Below, piece by piece: positions 50,700 to 63,207 of a DNA stretch of 64,000 bases (the first letter of the stretch is position 1; each line of letters opens with the position of its first letter). Position numbers and translations under genes: made by a program. A model generated the notes under the pieces. It did no database searches. It was not told the DNA's origin and saw nothing but the letters and a program-made list of their open reading frames with translations. This DNA is from Octopus sinensis (Eukaryota): positions 3,534,001 to 3,598,000 of the forward strand of contig NC_043011.1 in NCBI RefSeq assembly GCF_006345805.1, in the 5' to 3' direction.

Positions 50700-51992
50700 C
50701 GAGGGGCGTTCAATAAGTAATGCCCCTGACCCACTTCCCATAGAAGTAGAGCAACAAAACTTGGCACAGTTATTAGTCTTTTTCTACATAGGAACCACCC
50801 AGAGTTACGCATTTCTCCCATCGTTTGATGCAGCTCTGGAGACCGTTTTTGTAGAAGACCCCAGCTTGGTCCTCCAACCACGACGGGACTTCAGAAATCA
50901 AGGCTGCATCATCTGGGAAACGCTTTCCTTTCAAAAACAACTTCATGGCTGGGAAGAGGTGAGAATCAGAGGGTGCAAGGTCAGGAGAGTAGGGGGGATG
51001 GGGGAGGAGTTCATAGCCGCACGCCTGTGCTTCTGATCTGGTGACACGTGAGTTGTGGACCGGAACGTTGTCCTGCAGGAGGAAGATGCCTTTGCTGATC
51101 TTGCCCCGCCTCTTGATTTTGATAGCTACTCTTAATTTCCTCAAAAGTGAAGCATAATAGGCTCCTGTAATTATGGTACCTTTTGCCAGGAAATCTGTCA
51201 TCACTACTCCGTCCTGGTCCCAGAAGACTGTGAGCATGACCTTGCCAGCGGAGGGTTGCACCCTTGCCTTCTTTGGAGGCGGTGAGTCACAGTGCTTCCA
51301 CTGCATTGACTGGGCTTTGGTCTCTGGATCATAGTGATGGACCCAGGTTTCATTCTGTGTAATCAGACTTTTGAAAAAATTTGACTCATTTTCTTGGCAC
51401 ATCTCCAAATTCATCCTCGAGCACTCGACGCGTTCTTGCTTCTGGAAAGGTGTGAGCAACATGGGAATCCATCTGGCAGACACCTTTTGCATATGCAAAT
51501 GGTCATGAATGATAGTTTCCACAGACCTGGTACTAATCTTGACCTCATGGGCTATTTGGCGAATAGTTATGCATCGATCTTCCAAAATGGCAGCCTCAAC
51601 TTGACAGACGGATACCTCATCAATGGCAGAAGGGGGGCGACCAGATCTGGGAGCTGTTTCCACAGAGTTCCGACCATGTTTGAATTCACGATGCCAGCGT
51701 TTTACAAGGTCGTATGATGGGGCATCATCACCATAAGTTACTTTCATTTCATAAAAAGTCTCCCGTGGTGTGCGTCCTTTCAAATACAAAAACCGGATCA
51801 CTGTTCGACACTCAACAGGCTCCATTTCACACTTAACTCAGTTCAAACACCTGTAAATCAGAAACCACAATTAGTTCAGGGCTGTAATTTATCACTTAAT
51901 CTGTAGAGATATAAGTAATTGCACATGCAAAATTTCAGCTGGATCAAACAACTGCAAGTGGGTCAGGGGCATTACTTATTGAACGTCCCTCG
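50700..51992 (-). mobile_element. Full-length mariner element (1293 bp, irritans-like)
   Basis: ~36-bp TIRs CGAGGG(G/A)CGTTCAATAAGTAATGCCCCTGACCCACT with 1 mismatch, TA on both sides, single ORF. Confidence 0.96.
50773..51825 (-). CDS. Mariner transposase, 350 aa, DD34D spacing but first catalytic D replaced by N
   Basis: WIPMLL linker; ITQNETW (consensus ITGDETW); QDN + 34 aa + D in YSPDLAPSD. Confidence 0.92.
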   Translation of the reverse strand: MEPVECRTVIRFLYLKGRTPRETFYEMKVTYGDDAPSYDLVKRWHREFKHGRNSVETAPRSGRPPSAIDEVSVCQVEAAILEDRCITIRQIAHEVKISTRSVETIIHDHLHMQKVSARWIPMLLTPFQKQERVECSRMNLEMCQENESNFFKSLITQNETWVHHYDPETKAQSMQWKHCDSPPPKKARVQPSAGKVMLTVFWDQDGVVMTDFLAKGTIITGAYYASLLRKLRVAIKIKRRGKISKGIFLLQDNVPVHNSRVTRSEAQACGYELLPHPPYSPDLAPSDSHLFPAMKLFLKGKRFPDDAALISEVPSWLEDQAGVFYKNGLQSCIKRWEKCVTLGGSYVEKD

Positions 51993-52177
51993 TACATACA
52001 TACATGCATACATACATACATACATACATACATACATACATACATACATACATACATACATACATACATACATACATACATTCATGCATACATACATACA
52101 TACGTACATGCATGCATATATACATACATAAATACATACATACATACACATACCTACATGCATACATACATACATAA

Positions 52178-52208
<31 letters not shown>

Positions 52209-52310
52209 CATGCATACATACATACATACATACATACATACATACATACATACATACATACATACATACATACATACATTCATTCATGAATACATGCATG
52301 CATGCATGCA
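51993..52310. repeat. (CATA)n microsatellite at the mariner insertion site
   Basis: Directly visible. Confidence 0.97.
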
Positions 52311-52851
52311 TCAGAGATCAGCAAGAATGTAAGGAAAAACATTTGTAATGTTTACCATGATTTGGAGAAGTTGTATATTCTCTTCATAGTGTTTTGAATG
52401 TGCTTTTGGTTCTGTTAAGGAGGCCAGGTTCTGATTTCCTCATTAGAGAATATTTACAAAGCTCTTTCAAGAACTTCATCAAGGAATATTTCCCTTGAAA
52501 CAGCATTAAGTAGAGAAGTCAGAAACTTGAAAGCATAACTGAACACTGAGGCACACCTTAATGAATGGGATGTGGAATCAAAAAGTTGCATTTGACATAT
52601 TTTTTGCCCAACAAAATAATTTAACCCCACTCAGCCGATAGTATTAATATGTTATTTATCAACTAGATAAAAACCAATACTTTTACATCTTTGATTAAAT
52701 ATTGTTTTTTTCTTTTATATTTCATGTCTTGCTGAATCCTTTGAAACATTCAGGTGAGTAAATTACATTTCACTTTCTTTCTTAATTCTTACCACTGCAA
52801 GATTCACTTTCAGGATATACAAGCTTACATGATACAGATTATATTTAGATA

Positions 52852-53082
52852 AAGGCGTCACCCTGGCAGAACCGTTAGCATGCAGGGTGAAATGCGTAGC
52901 CGTATTTCATCTGCCATTACATTCTGAGTTCAAATTCTGCCGAGGTCGACTTTGCCTTTCATCCTTTCAGGGTCGATAAATTAAGTACCAGTTACGCACT
53001 GGGGTCGATGTAATCGACTTAATTCGTTTGTCTTTCCTTGTTTGTCTCCTCTATGTTTAGCCCCTTGTGGGTAATAAAGAAA
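52852..53082 (+). mobile_element. SINE family B (Deu/Nin-domain-like), young copy
   Basis: B box AGTTCAAATTC; GTCGACTTTGCCTTTCATCCTTTCAGGGTCGATAAATTAAGTACC resembles the Deu/Nin core. Confidence 0.85.
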
Positions 53083-53459
53083 CATATATTTACATAAAAT
53101 ATTTTAGTAAGACAAATATTTTGTTGATAGATTGTCGGAATCGTAAGAGCATCAGATAATATTCCTTGCAATATTTAGGTTACAATTCTTATAACCCTGA
53201 GTGCATAGGTCAGCTTTACTTTATGTCCTTCTAGGGTCAATGATATAAAGTAGAAGTGAAGATCTAGGGTTAGTATCAGTGACTGTTCTCTTCACCAAAT
53301 TCCCAACTTTGTACTGATGTAAGAAATTATTAGTTTAAATGATGATAGAATTGCAGGTGTGTCAGACAAGATACCTTGCAGTATTTAGTTAAATTTCTTT
53401 TAATTCTGAATTGAAATGTTCACCAGGGTTTACCCTAAGTTTCATCTTTCTAATAGGAA

Positions 53460-54426
53460 ACGACAAAATTATCATGAGGGCTCACAGAAGAGAGGAAAAA
53501 TTACTAAGTCAGAGAAGTAATTGTCAGTAATAGTCATGGGGTATTTACAGTGACCTTTGAACTGCATTTTCATCTTGGGGAAGAGGTGGAAGTCCATGGG
53601 GTATAAATCTGGGGAATAGAGTGGGTGTGGAAGTGATATCATGTTGTTTTTGGAGAGAAACTCACAAGAGAGGAGAACTTGGTGACAGGGTGCATTGTCA
53701 TTATGAAGGATCCAATTCTTCACCCTCCACAGATCCAGTCACTTCTGCCAAATGTCCTCCTTCAAAATGCTGCAGTAGAACTTTCAATTGATGGTCTGGC
53801 CTTGAAGGACGAATTCTCGATGCATAATACCACAGATGCCGAAAAAAACGATGAATGAGCTGCGGTTCTGTTGTGCCTTCTTTGGTTGGGGAGATGACAA
53901 CTGCTGCTTCACCTCAGGGTCGTACCCGTGGACCCAACTCTCATCACCAGTGATGATCCTTGACATGAAGGGTGGGTCATCAGCGGCACACTGATGGAAA
54001 TCTTGACAGACTTCAATGCGATGTTCTTTCTGCTCAGTGGTAAGCAGGTAGGGGGCAAACTTGGCAAAGATATGTCGGATATTCACCTTGTGCCCATGCC
54101 ACTCAAAACATTCTGTACGATCCATTGCCTTGTTGTCATAAGCTTGCCAAAACATGCTCAATGTCTCTGTAGCAGACTTCCAAAGTTTAAGGTAAAACTT
54201 CATGTTCGCTCTTTGTTCCAGCTTCCTGTCCATGACAAAATCGCAGACTACAGCATACAAGTGAGCACAAAACGCAAATTTCACAACTCGTGAAGTAAAT
54301 ACAGTGGTGTCAGTCAGCACTTTGCCTCATGAAAGTCACTGTTAGCTCTCACTGTGCACATATCTGTGCTGCCATCTGTTGGCATGCTCCAGAACTTGTC
54401 CAGGAACTTTCTGATCCCACCTCGTA
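53460..54426 (-). mobile_element. Decayed mariner
   Basis: KLEQRANMKF, FAPYLLTTEQK, ITGDESWVHGYDPE, WILHNDNAPCH, HPLYSPDL; TIR-like TACGAGGTGGGATCAGAAAGTTCC at the 5' end. Confidence 0.88.
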
Positions 54427-54429
54427 TGC

Positions 54430-54640
54430 ACTAATATTGGTTTCAAATTTTAGCACAAGGCCAGCAATTTGGGGGAGGAGGTAAGTCCATTGCACCAACC
54501 CTAGTTCTCAACTGGTGCTTATTTTACCAGCCCCAAAAGGAGGAAAGGCAAAGTTGACCTTGGCAGAATTTGAACTCAGAATGTAAAGACGGATGAAGAA
54601 CTGCTAAGCATTTTACCTGTTGACGGTTCTGCCAGTTTGC
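54430..54640 (-). mobile_element. SINE family B (diverged)
   Basis: AAAGGCAAAGTTGACC..GGCAGAATTTGAACTCAGAA. Confidence 0.8.
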
Positions 54641-56209
54641 TGTGTTAACATATACACTAATATGCAACCGTTAGATGGGACCTATAAGCATACAGTTGTG
54701 TATTTCAGGCAGCTTGTGGTTGTTTCCTATTTCCCAAAATATATGTCAATAATTTTTTTATACCGATTCAAATGTAGATTGTTACCAGGAATATCATTGT
54801 TTTAACCAGAGTTCTTATAGTTGGTTAATTTATAAGATATGGCCGGGGGTAGAGTTTCTGATTGAGTTTCCATCAAAATAAAAAGAGAATAATAATTTTC
54901 GCAGTCCTTCTTCATTGTGTTTTGTGAACTTCAAGTATTCGTTTCAATTGTATCATCATAGTTATTGTCGTCATCTTTGTCTTCATCAATGCTATCCTCA
55001 CAACTGCCATCATCATCATCATCTTTCCTTTTGTCATCATCATCATTCTCAGCAGCAGCAGCAGCAACACTACACCAAAAAACACCACCGACCCTACCGT
55101 CAGTACCATGTTTGGAAATCTTTGTGTCCTGGATAGGAGTAATCAGACCAATGCTAAGAGCTTCTTTAGATATTGAAGAGATAATCAATCCTACTTCATA
55201 CTAATCATTCTACTGAATGAAAATTTTAAATAAATATCTTTTGCTAAAGGCAAACAAACCAGTAGTAGTAGTAGTAGTAGTAGCACTAGCAGCAGCAGCC
55301 GCAATGATTTCTTGTTTTAACTGCAAGTGCAATGAAGACAACACAAACATTACAAGTAAATTTCATTAAACAAATATGAATATAAAATAGGCTATAATGT
55401 ATTTATATCAACACAAATGATTTGACAAATATTTATTTTTTCTGATAGGGGGGTTGGTTAGCTGGGAAAGCACCACTATTCACCTGTCAAATCTGCTGTC
55501 ATTCCCACGAGAACAAGTAGTTATTGATAAGCCCTCAACAATTTGTCCTTTGTCTTTAGACACTCTGTTACAGGTATCTTCTGCCACCCACTCAATTCAA
55601 GTTTCACTCAACAGGTGTTGCACAATACATGATTAGCAGAACAAATGTGTCTTGATCATATTTTCAATGCTCAAAAATCACAGCAACCTAGTATCTCATA
55701 TCAAACTTCATAGATAGAATTCTTATGATCTACAGCATGTTGAATTGCTTTGTTTTAGAGTAAAAAATGGGCTACAGCAAATATTCTGCTCAATACCACA
55801 GATTTGCTTGTCAGTTGTTTGACCTTAACCAGTTGACCATGTCCCTTAGTGGCTGACGATATGTGCATCTCTGATCACAAGCAGAAGTAGTGGGGGAGCA
55901 TCATAGCCATGTGTTGAGAGGGATTATTTGGGGTTTGGATAATTCACCTCTAGAAACATGGGAGTTTCTTTCAACCTTCTTAAACAACTCTTATTCAGGG
56001 ACCTTTTGAGTGGGATGGGCTACTCATCCAAAAGAAAATTCTAACTGGGCTCCGCCTGCAAGGTCATTCCATTTATCTTGATATGAGATGATCATGTCAT
56101 GCACATATGGTTGTGACACATGTGCTGCTCTCTCACTCAATAATAATAATAACAACAATAATAATAATAAAAATAATAATAATAATAATAACAACAACAT
56201 CATCATCAT

Positions 56210-56440
56210 CCTCATCATCGTTTAACATCCGCTTTCCATGCTGGCATGGGTTGGACGGTTCAACTGGGGTCTGGGAAGCCAAAAGGCAGTCTGATCTGGC
56301 AGTGTTTCTACAGCTGGATGCCCTTCCTAACGCCAACCACTCCGTGAGTGTAATGGGTGTTTTTATGTGCCACCGGCACAGGTGCCAGACGAGGCTGGCA
56401 AACAGCCACGATCGGATGGTGCTTTTTACGTGCCACCTGC
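56210..56440 (-). mobile_element. RTE 3'UTR-derived element
   Basis: (CAT)n CGTTTAACATCCGCTTTCCATGCTGGCATGGGTTGGACGG. Confidence 0.87.
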
Positions 56441-57360
56441 ACAATAATAATAATAATAATAATAAGAAGAAGAAGAAGAGAAGAAGAAGAAAAAAAAACA
56501 CATTACTTAGCTGGTACCTTATCACCCCAAAACAAATGATGTCAACCTCAGTGGGATACAAGTGAACAGCACAAGGCATTTTCTTTGATGCTTTACTAAT
56601 TCTGTCAAGCTATCATTCTCTAAGATACACACATAAGGCCAACTTCTAAAGGTGGGGTAGAGTGGGCTGTCGTAAAAATAATGACAATAATCTTATCCTT
56701 ACAAACAAAATATATAGCACTAATAACATGTAACACATTGGAGACAATTACTATGAAAGAATGAAATTACTCTATCCCAAGATGCACTGGACTGGTATTG
56801 ATTTTGTGGTAACAACACAACTGCAGGAATAAGACTACAAGTAATAATAACAGTTTTTATTCAGCTAGATATTGAACATTTACTTTTTTTTTTATACTGC
56901 ATATAATAACACCATCAGTATGTTTAATTATTCTTAGATTTTAAAGGTCAGACCGATTAATTCCCTTTATTAATATTCTCATTCTCCTCTGGCATCAAAT
57001 TCCACCACACATAATTATTTAATTGATTTGAATTTTCTTATAATTTTCTTCTCACTGCTAAATTTTTCCAATTTGGCAGATAATTTCTTTACTACTTTCA
57101 TTCACAGATTTCAAGTGAATTTGTTGATTGTTCTCTGATGAATATCAAAGAACAATATTGCCTTTCGTTTTTTTTTTTTTTGTGTTTTTTTTTTTTTTTT
57201 TTTGAAAATTTTAAAAATATGTGACAGAGAGAAAGAGAAAGAGAAAAATTTTTTTGCAGAAGAGCAAAGTTCTTAGAGTGAATATAGCTATTATTGATGG
57301 AGACATGTTACTTGTATAAGATTAGTTTAGAATCTTTTAATTAAAATCTATACTACTAGA

Positions 57361-57767
57361 GGCGTAGGAGTGGCTGTGTGGTAAGTAGCTTGTTTACCAA
57401 CCACATGGTTCCGGGTTCAGTCCCACTGCGTGGCACCTTGGGCAAGTGTCTTCTGCTATAGCCTCTGGCCGACCAAAGCCTTGTGAGTGGATTTGGTAGA
57501 CGGAAACTGAAAGAAGCCCGTCGTATATATGTATATATATATATGCGTGTGTGTGTTTGTGTGTCTGTGTTTGTCCCCCTAGCATTGCTTGACAACCGAT
57601 GCTGGTGTGTTTATGTCCCCCGTTACTTAGCGGTTCGGCAAAAGAGACCGATAGAATAAGTACTGGGCTTACAAAAGAATAAGTCCTGGGGTCGAGTTGC
57701 TCGATTAAAGGCGGTGCTCCAGCATGGCCACAGTCAAATGACTGAAACTAGTAAAAGAGTAAAAGAG
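57361..57767 (+). mobile_element. SINE family A
   Basis: Full-length, low-divergence copy. Confidence 0.93.
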
Positions 57768-57779
57768 AGAGTACAATAA

Positions 57780-58420
57780 GTAAACTTTAACAATCTCAAA
57801 TTTGAAATTTCCTGCTCTTTACATTTTAAGTTCAAATCCCACAACAGTCAATTTTGCTTTCCATTCTTCCACGAACAGTAAAATAAAATGCCAGTCAAAT
57901 ATTTAAGCCAGTTTAACTGGATTACACTTCCCCTCCAATTTCTGGTCCTGTACCTATATTATAGACATTATTATTATTACCGATTTCAAATTTTGGCACA
58001 AAGCCATCAAGTCTGTGGGAGGTGTAAGTGGATTACATTGACCCCAGTGTTTAACTGGTACTTATTTTATCAACACCAAAAGGATGAGAGGCAAAGTCAA
58101 CCCAAGTGGCATTTGAACCCAGAATGTAAAGACAGATGAATCACCACTAGGCATTTTGCCTGGCATGCTAACAATTCTGCCAGTTTGCTACCTTAGACAT
58201 TATTATTATTAATTATCGGAATTATTAGTATGTCAGACAAAATACTTTGCAATATTTCATTACATTCTGAGTTCAGATCCCATCACTGTCAAACTTTACC
58301 TTTCGACCTTTCAGGATTAATTAAATGAAATACCAGTCAAGTAAATCGTATCCACTAGCCCCTTCTCCCAGATTTCAGGTTTTGTGCCTATATTAGAAAG
58401 ATTTATAATTACCATTGTTC
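57780..58420. mobile_element. Cluster of decayed SINE family B copies in both orientations
   Basis: Plus copies near 57800 and 58260, minus copy ~57990-58200. Confidence 0.65.
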
Positions 58421-58599
58421 TTGTTTAGCATAGCACCTTTCCTGGGAGATATAGAGAGGTAACAAATGTCAGCTGTTCACAATCAGTGGACTAAAGTAAC
58501 ACTGCATTCAGATTTTGAGAACTTTGCTGAAGATTCTTGAAGTTCTAAGCAAAGCTATTTTTCTGTAGATGCTCTATTTTCACATTTATTTCTATCGTT

Positions 58600-59220
58600 T
58601 TTGTGAACTTGGTACTTATAATTCCCAAGGCCTCATCAGCAACAGACTCAATGCTCACCTTCTTAAAATCTTCTTTTATATCCCACTTCAAATTATATAT
58701 GACCAGTTTCATCTTTTCTCTTTCTAATACTTTGTCATCACCAACGCTTGCAATATCTATTATTAAACAGGTTTTTTGAATCTTTATTCAAAGCCACTAT
58801 ATATCTGGCTTCTGATGTTCAATTTCATGACCCTATTGAATCATTATATCCCTTAGTATCTCTACCTTGTCATTCTCAATTGGCCACACAACATCTTTAT
58901 TCTGTCCAGTCCATGCTTGCCACACACCGCCCCATAAAATATTCTTGCTACATTATCACATCGTCTTTGTGTTCATTTTGGGACAGCTTTTTGCTTTCAT
59001 CCACAATATGCTAAACTGTATCATTTTTGTGACTAATCACTTCCTGCTGTGACACAGGACAACAAATGGCCAGAGGAGGGTTTATTTTTGTCCTTTTACA
59101 TTCTTAGTTCAAATACTACTTTACTTTCCATTCTTTCAGGTTCTCTCAGACAGTACCAGTCAAATATTAGAAGTAATTTGGTCAATTGTTCTTTCTCCAA
59201 ATGTTTGTATCCAAGCGAAT
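58600..59220 (-). mobile_element. R4/Dong-like LINE CCHC and restriction-like endonuclease remnant
   Basis: R(H)DNVAR..ENDKVEIL.D..IQ..HEIEHQKPDI...IDIASVGDDKVLERE follows the RH-D/PD-(D/E)xK pattern. Confidence 0.78.
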
Positions 59221-59392
59221 GTTGGAAACAATGATTATTATGGTGGAAAGTAGTATGTAAGACATCTCATTCATGGAAAGCATTCATTTCAAATCTTTAA
59301 TTATGCTGAGGGTAAAAATGTCTCATTAAAACAATAAGAGCAAAATAATACATTTTGTTGAACTCACTACTTCAATAAACCATGTGTGTGTG

Positions 59393-59433
<41 letters not shown>

Positions 59434-59499
59434 GAGAGAGATAGAGAGACCGAGAGAGAGAGAGAGAAACCGAGAGAGAGAGAGAGAGGGTAAGCAACT

Positions 59500-59760
59500 G
59501 TAATTGGTATTCCACGACTTAGAGAAAACCTTCAAAAGATTCCTTCACTCTTTGGCCTGGAGGTCAAAGCAGAAGCTAAGAATAGATGAATGGTCTGTGA
59601 AAGTTTTACAAGCTATACAAAGAGTTGTTGTCATTAAAGTGAGAGTTAGCAAAGAGTACAGCAATGAATTTAGACTAAATCTAGGAGTTTACAAAGACTC
59701 AGTTCTCAATCCTCTCCCAGTCATCATATTCCTCCTGACTGAAAAAGAGGAGAGTAAGCA
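59500..59760 (+). mobile_element. RTE RT remnant
   Basis: FHDLEKTF...KLRIDEW.VK..QA...KVRV..EYSNEF...GVYKDSVLNPL. Confidence 0.8.
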
Positions 59761-59908
59761 GAAAAACAGACAAGACACTACTCCTTTCAGTAAAATGGAT
59801 CTACTCAATAAGAAGAAGAGGTGTGTAGATGGATACTAGTTACTTGGTGCAAACGATGTCCACACAAGATGTGCAGTGGAATCATAGGAAGATTAACCGA
59901 GAAAGATA

Positions 59909-60480
59909 AACCACTTCCACCTCAGGTGTCTTCAGAACCTCCTTCACATCTGCTGGCAGGACAAAGTCCCAGACACGGAAGTTCTGAAGCAGGCAGATCT
60001 CCCTAGCACCATCACGATCATGCGCAAGGCCCAGCTGAGATGGGCAGGCCACGTCTCCCGCATGTCCGACACGTGCATCCCAAAACAGCTCTTCTACGGT
60101 GAACTCAGCCAGGGCAAATGCAAAGTCGGAGGGCAGAAGAAGCGCTTCAAGGACAGTCTCAAAGTCTCTCTCAAAGACTTCTCCATCGGCACAGAGACTT
60201 GGGAGACACTTACTGCCGACTGCTCATCCTGGCGCATCGCAATCACCACAGGAGCAAAGACAGCCGAGGAGAGACGGATTCAGTCAGCAGAACAGAAACG
60301 GCAGATGCGGAAAGCCAGAGCCACCTGCACTAATAGCACAGCCCCTACCCACTTCTGCCCCACTTGTGGGAGGGGCTTTCTTGCCCGGATTGGCCTCACC
60401 AGCCACCTCCGGTCTCATAGCAGCAATTCCACCAAATGATGTCAATGGTCATCTTCGAACCCGAAGGACGAACATTATTA
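59909..60480 (+). mobile_element. GC-rich RTE-BovB-like LINE 3' end with open frame 59909-60439
   Basis: FHLRCLQNLLHICWQDKVPDTEVL...QLRWAGHVSRM...KQLFYGEL..G...GGQKKRFKD...CPTCGRGFLARIGLTSHLRSH (C2H2). Confidence 0.88.
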
Positions 60481-60736
60481 TTACAACCGAGAAAGTAGAC
60501 TTTGCATGTGGCAGATATGCAGGAATGATAAATACTAAAAACACAAAGGGAATAGACTTTCTTGCATGTTCAGGAAGATAACTTCAGGTTGTAGAAATGT
60601 TTTGTTACATTAGTAATCGAATTAGAAGAGATGGATGATCTGAAGGTATAGATGCTAAAATAAGAACTAACTGAAAAAATTTCAGAGAACAATTACTCTT
60701 GATGGTAAAAGCAGAAGGAATGGTAAATCGTATGAT

Positions 60737-61163
60737 CAGGGCTGGATTAGGACCCATCGAAACCCTAAGCCCTTAAAAGATTTTGGTGTCCCCCATAAAA
60801 GATTATGTAATTCAAAATATAAACAATAACAAACCATAAAATAAAATTTTATTTTTCGAGATGAAACAAAACAGTAAGAGGGAAAATAATGTTTATTTTT
60901 GTCTACTTCCACTTAATTTATATTTGAAAAGTTTTCTCTTACTTTTTTGAATTGCAAAGTCTTTGATCAGATCCTCAAAATTAATCTTAAGTAACACATC
61001 TACATCTATCTTTAGTAGAGATAAAGGTATCCCGAATATTATTTTAGCAAGTTTAAAGTGATTTATTCTGTGCCATAAACCATTTACCATTACTGTGGTG
61101 CCCCCTCCTTCCCTTGATGCCCTAAGCACGTGCTTGTTTTACTTAATGGTTAATCCAGTGATG
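60737..61163 (-). mobile_element. hAT (Tip100/Ac-like) deletion derivative
   Basis: Degenerate TIRs CAGGGCTGGATTA / TAATCCAGTGATG; minus INFEDLIKDFAIQKSKRKLF resembles the hAT C-terminus. Confidence 0.6.
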
Positions 61164-61199
61164 CTTGTGTACCAACAACAGACAGAATACATGTGAAAA

Positions 61200-61500
61200 C
61201 TTGAAAGAAACTAAGCTAGCTTGTATTGTTTGCATTATCAGTAGGCATGTACAGCGAAGTGTGAATGTGTTAAGAGAAGAACTAGGCATAAGTGGAACTG
61301 GAGGTGGTGTGCAAAAGAGAAGACTGTGCTAGTATGGTCATGTGATTTATATGAATGAAAAAGCTGCATAAAGAGATGCTGATTTCTAAATGTTTATGAA
61401 ACCAGTGGGAGAGGGAGACTCAGGAAGAAGCAGGACAAAGCAGTGAAGACTAACCTCAGAATGTGAAGTCTTGTGAAAATGATAAAGTTCTGAGATCATT
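61200..61500 (+). mobile_element. RTE 3' coding remnant
   Basis: VLREELGI...VQKRRLC*YGHV..MNE. Confidence 0.7.
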
Positions 61501-61802
61501 GATGATTCACTGTGCTTGAGAAGATCCACGCATCACAGCAAGAGTGAGGTCCCATATGCATTATGCTTATATTTATATATACTGAGCCCTGACCCTGTAC
61601 CCAGTCTGTCCCTCTCAAGCCTTCTTCACTTCTCATCTTCTTAACATCCATCCCTCTATCATGCTTCTAATAACAGTACTATTTAGCTCCTGTATTTATT
61701 TGCAAGCAAAACTACACTTACTTCATCCACTTCTGTGCTACCAGTAATCCCTCTTCCTTGGAACCATTTCCTTTTCACATCAACCCTTCATTCTTCATAT
61801 CT

Positions 61803-62033
61803 ATTTCTTTACTACCCACAAGGGGCTAAACTCAGAGGGGACAAACAAGGACAGACAAAGAGACTAAGTCGATTACATCGACCCCTGTGCGTAACTGGTA
61901 CTTATTTAATCGACCCCGAAAGGATGAAAGGCAAAGTCGACCTCGTCGGAATTCGAACTCAGAACGTAACAGCAGACGAAATACTGCTAAGCATTTCGTC
62001 CGGTGTGCTAACGTTTCTGCCAGCTCGCCACCT
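61803..62033 (-). mobile_element. SINE family B, young copy
   Basis: Reverse complement closely matches 52852-53082. Confidence 0.88.
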
Positions 62034-62989
62034 CCATTCTTCATATCATCCCTTCCCACTATATTTTCTATTAATCACCCACTTTGTGCCACCAGTTATC
62101 ACTCTCTTTCCCCTGAGCTACATCTTATGACTTCCCATTGCTCATTCATAACACCCTATCACATCAGCTCTCATTCTCAATACCTTCTCTTCTTGATGAT
62201 TGATAGCCCACCATCACCTTTGTCTGCCACCCTCTATATCCAACCCTACACAATTCCGACCTTCACCCCTGTTACTATACATCACCACCCACTCACTGCA
62301 TATCTTCTTCCTGTTTTCTGATCTATCTACAATTTTCTTATACTGCTCCTTTCTACCCACTTTGTACTGCTACCTACCACCTCCTCATTTCCTGAATCTC
62401 TAACATCTTCTTTCATCTACCCCAACCATACATACACTCTTCTTCACCATCCACTACACACACCTCTACCCCATTTCTAACCACCTATCACTCTTTTTTC
62501 ACACTCTTATGAACTTTACCATCCATCCTACACAATCCTCTATCTGTATTCTCTCTTAAGCTCACCATTTTGTACCTTGAGTGTGTACTCAGGTACCTTT
62601 CCACTTGCATCGTTATTTCTCTTTCCAGTTACTCCTAGCCATCCTTATATAATGCAGGGTCACTCTGAATCTTCTCTTCCGAAAGACACCTGCTGCTCTA
62701 CATTACTTCTTGCTCAACTACATCTCTAATCAGTCAAGGGAGCTTTTTTTTTATATGCAAATTACTCTGCAACTTCACTCATATTAGTGTCATGAAGATA
62801 AAGCACTCACTACACACTACAATGTGGTTAGTATCAGGATGGGCATTCAGTGATAGAAATCATGCCAAAACAGACATTGGCAATTTATGCAGTCTTGCAG
62901 CTCATTGGATCCTGTAGAACTGTCCAACTCACACAAGCACGAAAAGTAGACTTTAAATAACTATGATGAAGATGATGATGCCAGTGGCA

Positions 62990-63024
<35 letters not shown>

Positions 63025-63207
63025 AATACAAGAGTAGAAAAACAGCCAACAACTGATGAAGGGTCGTTCTTTATGTTGTTTGTCTTGTTTTCCCTTTGTG
63101 TCTTTTGTTGTTCAAAATAGTTCATATTCCATGTACTCATACTTCACATTTTTTGTTGTACATGTTTCATGATGTCCTGTGCCCACATTTACATATATAT
63201 ATATATA

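Noticed and set aside
52461-52559. Exon-like minus frame CASVFSYAFKFLTSLLNAVSREIFLDEVLERA
   Set aside because: Two plus-strand frames are also open, the donor is weak and there is no recognisable homology
58640-58750. Apparent exon DIASVGDDKVLEREKMKLVIYNLKWDIKEDFKK with GTGAGC donor
   Set aside because: It is part of the R4-like restriction-like endonuclease remnant
63021-63140. CTGATGA next to (TA)n resembling a hammerhead half
   Set aside because: No downstream GAAA with a pairing stem III and stem I; likely a decayed PLE end, cannot be called a ribozyme
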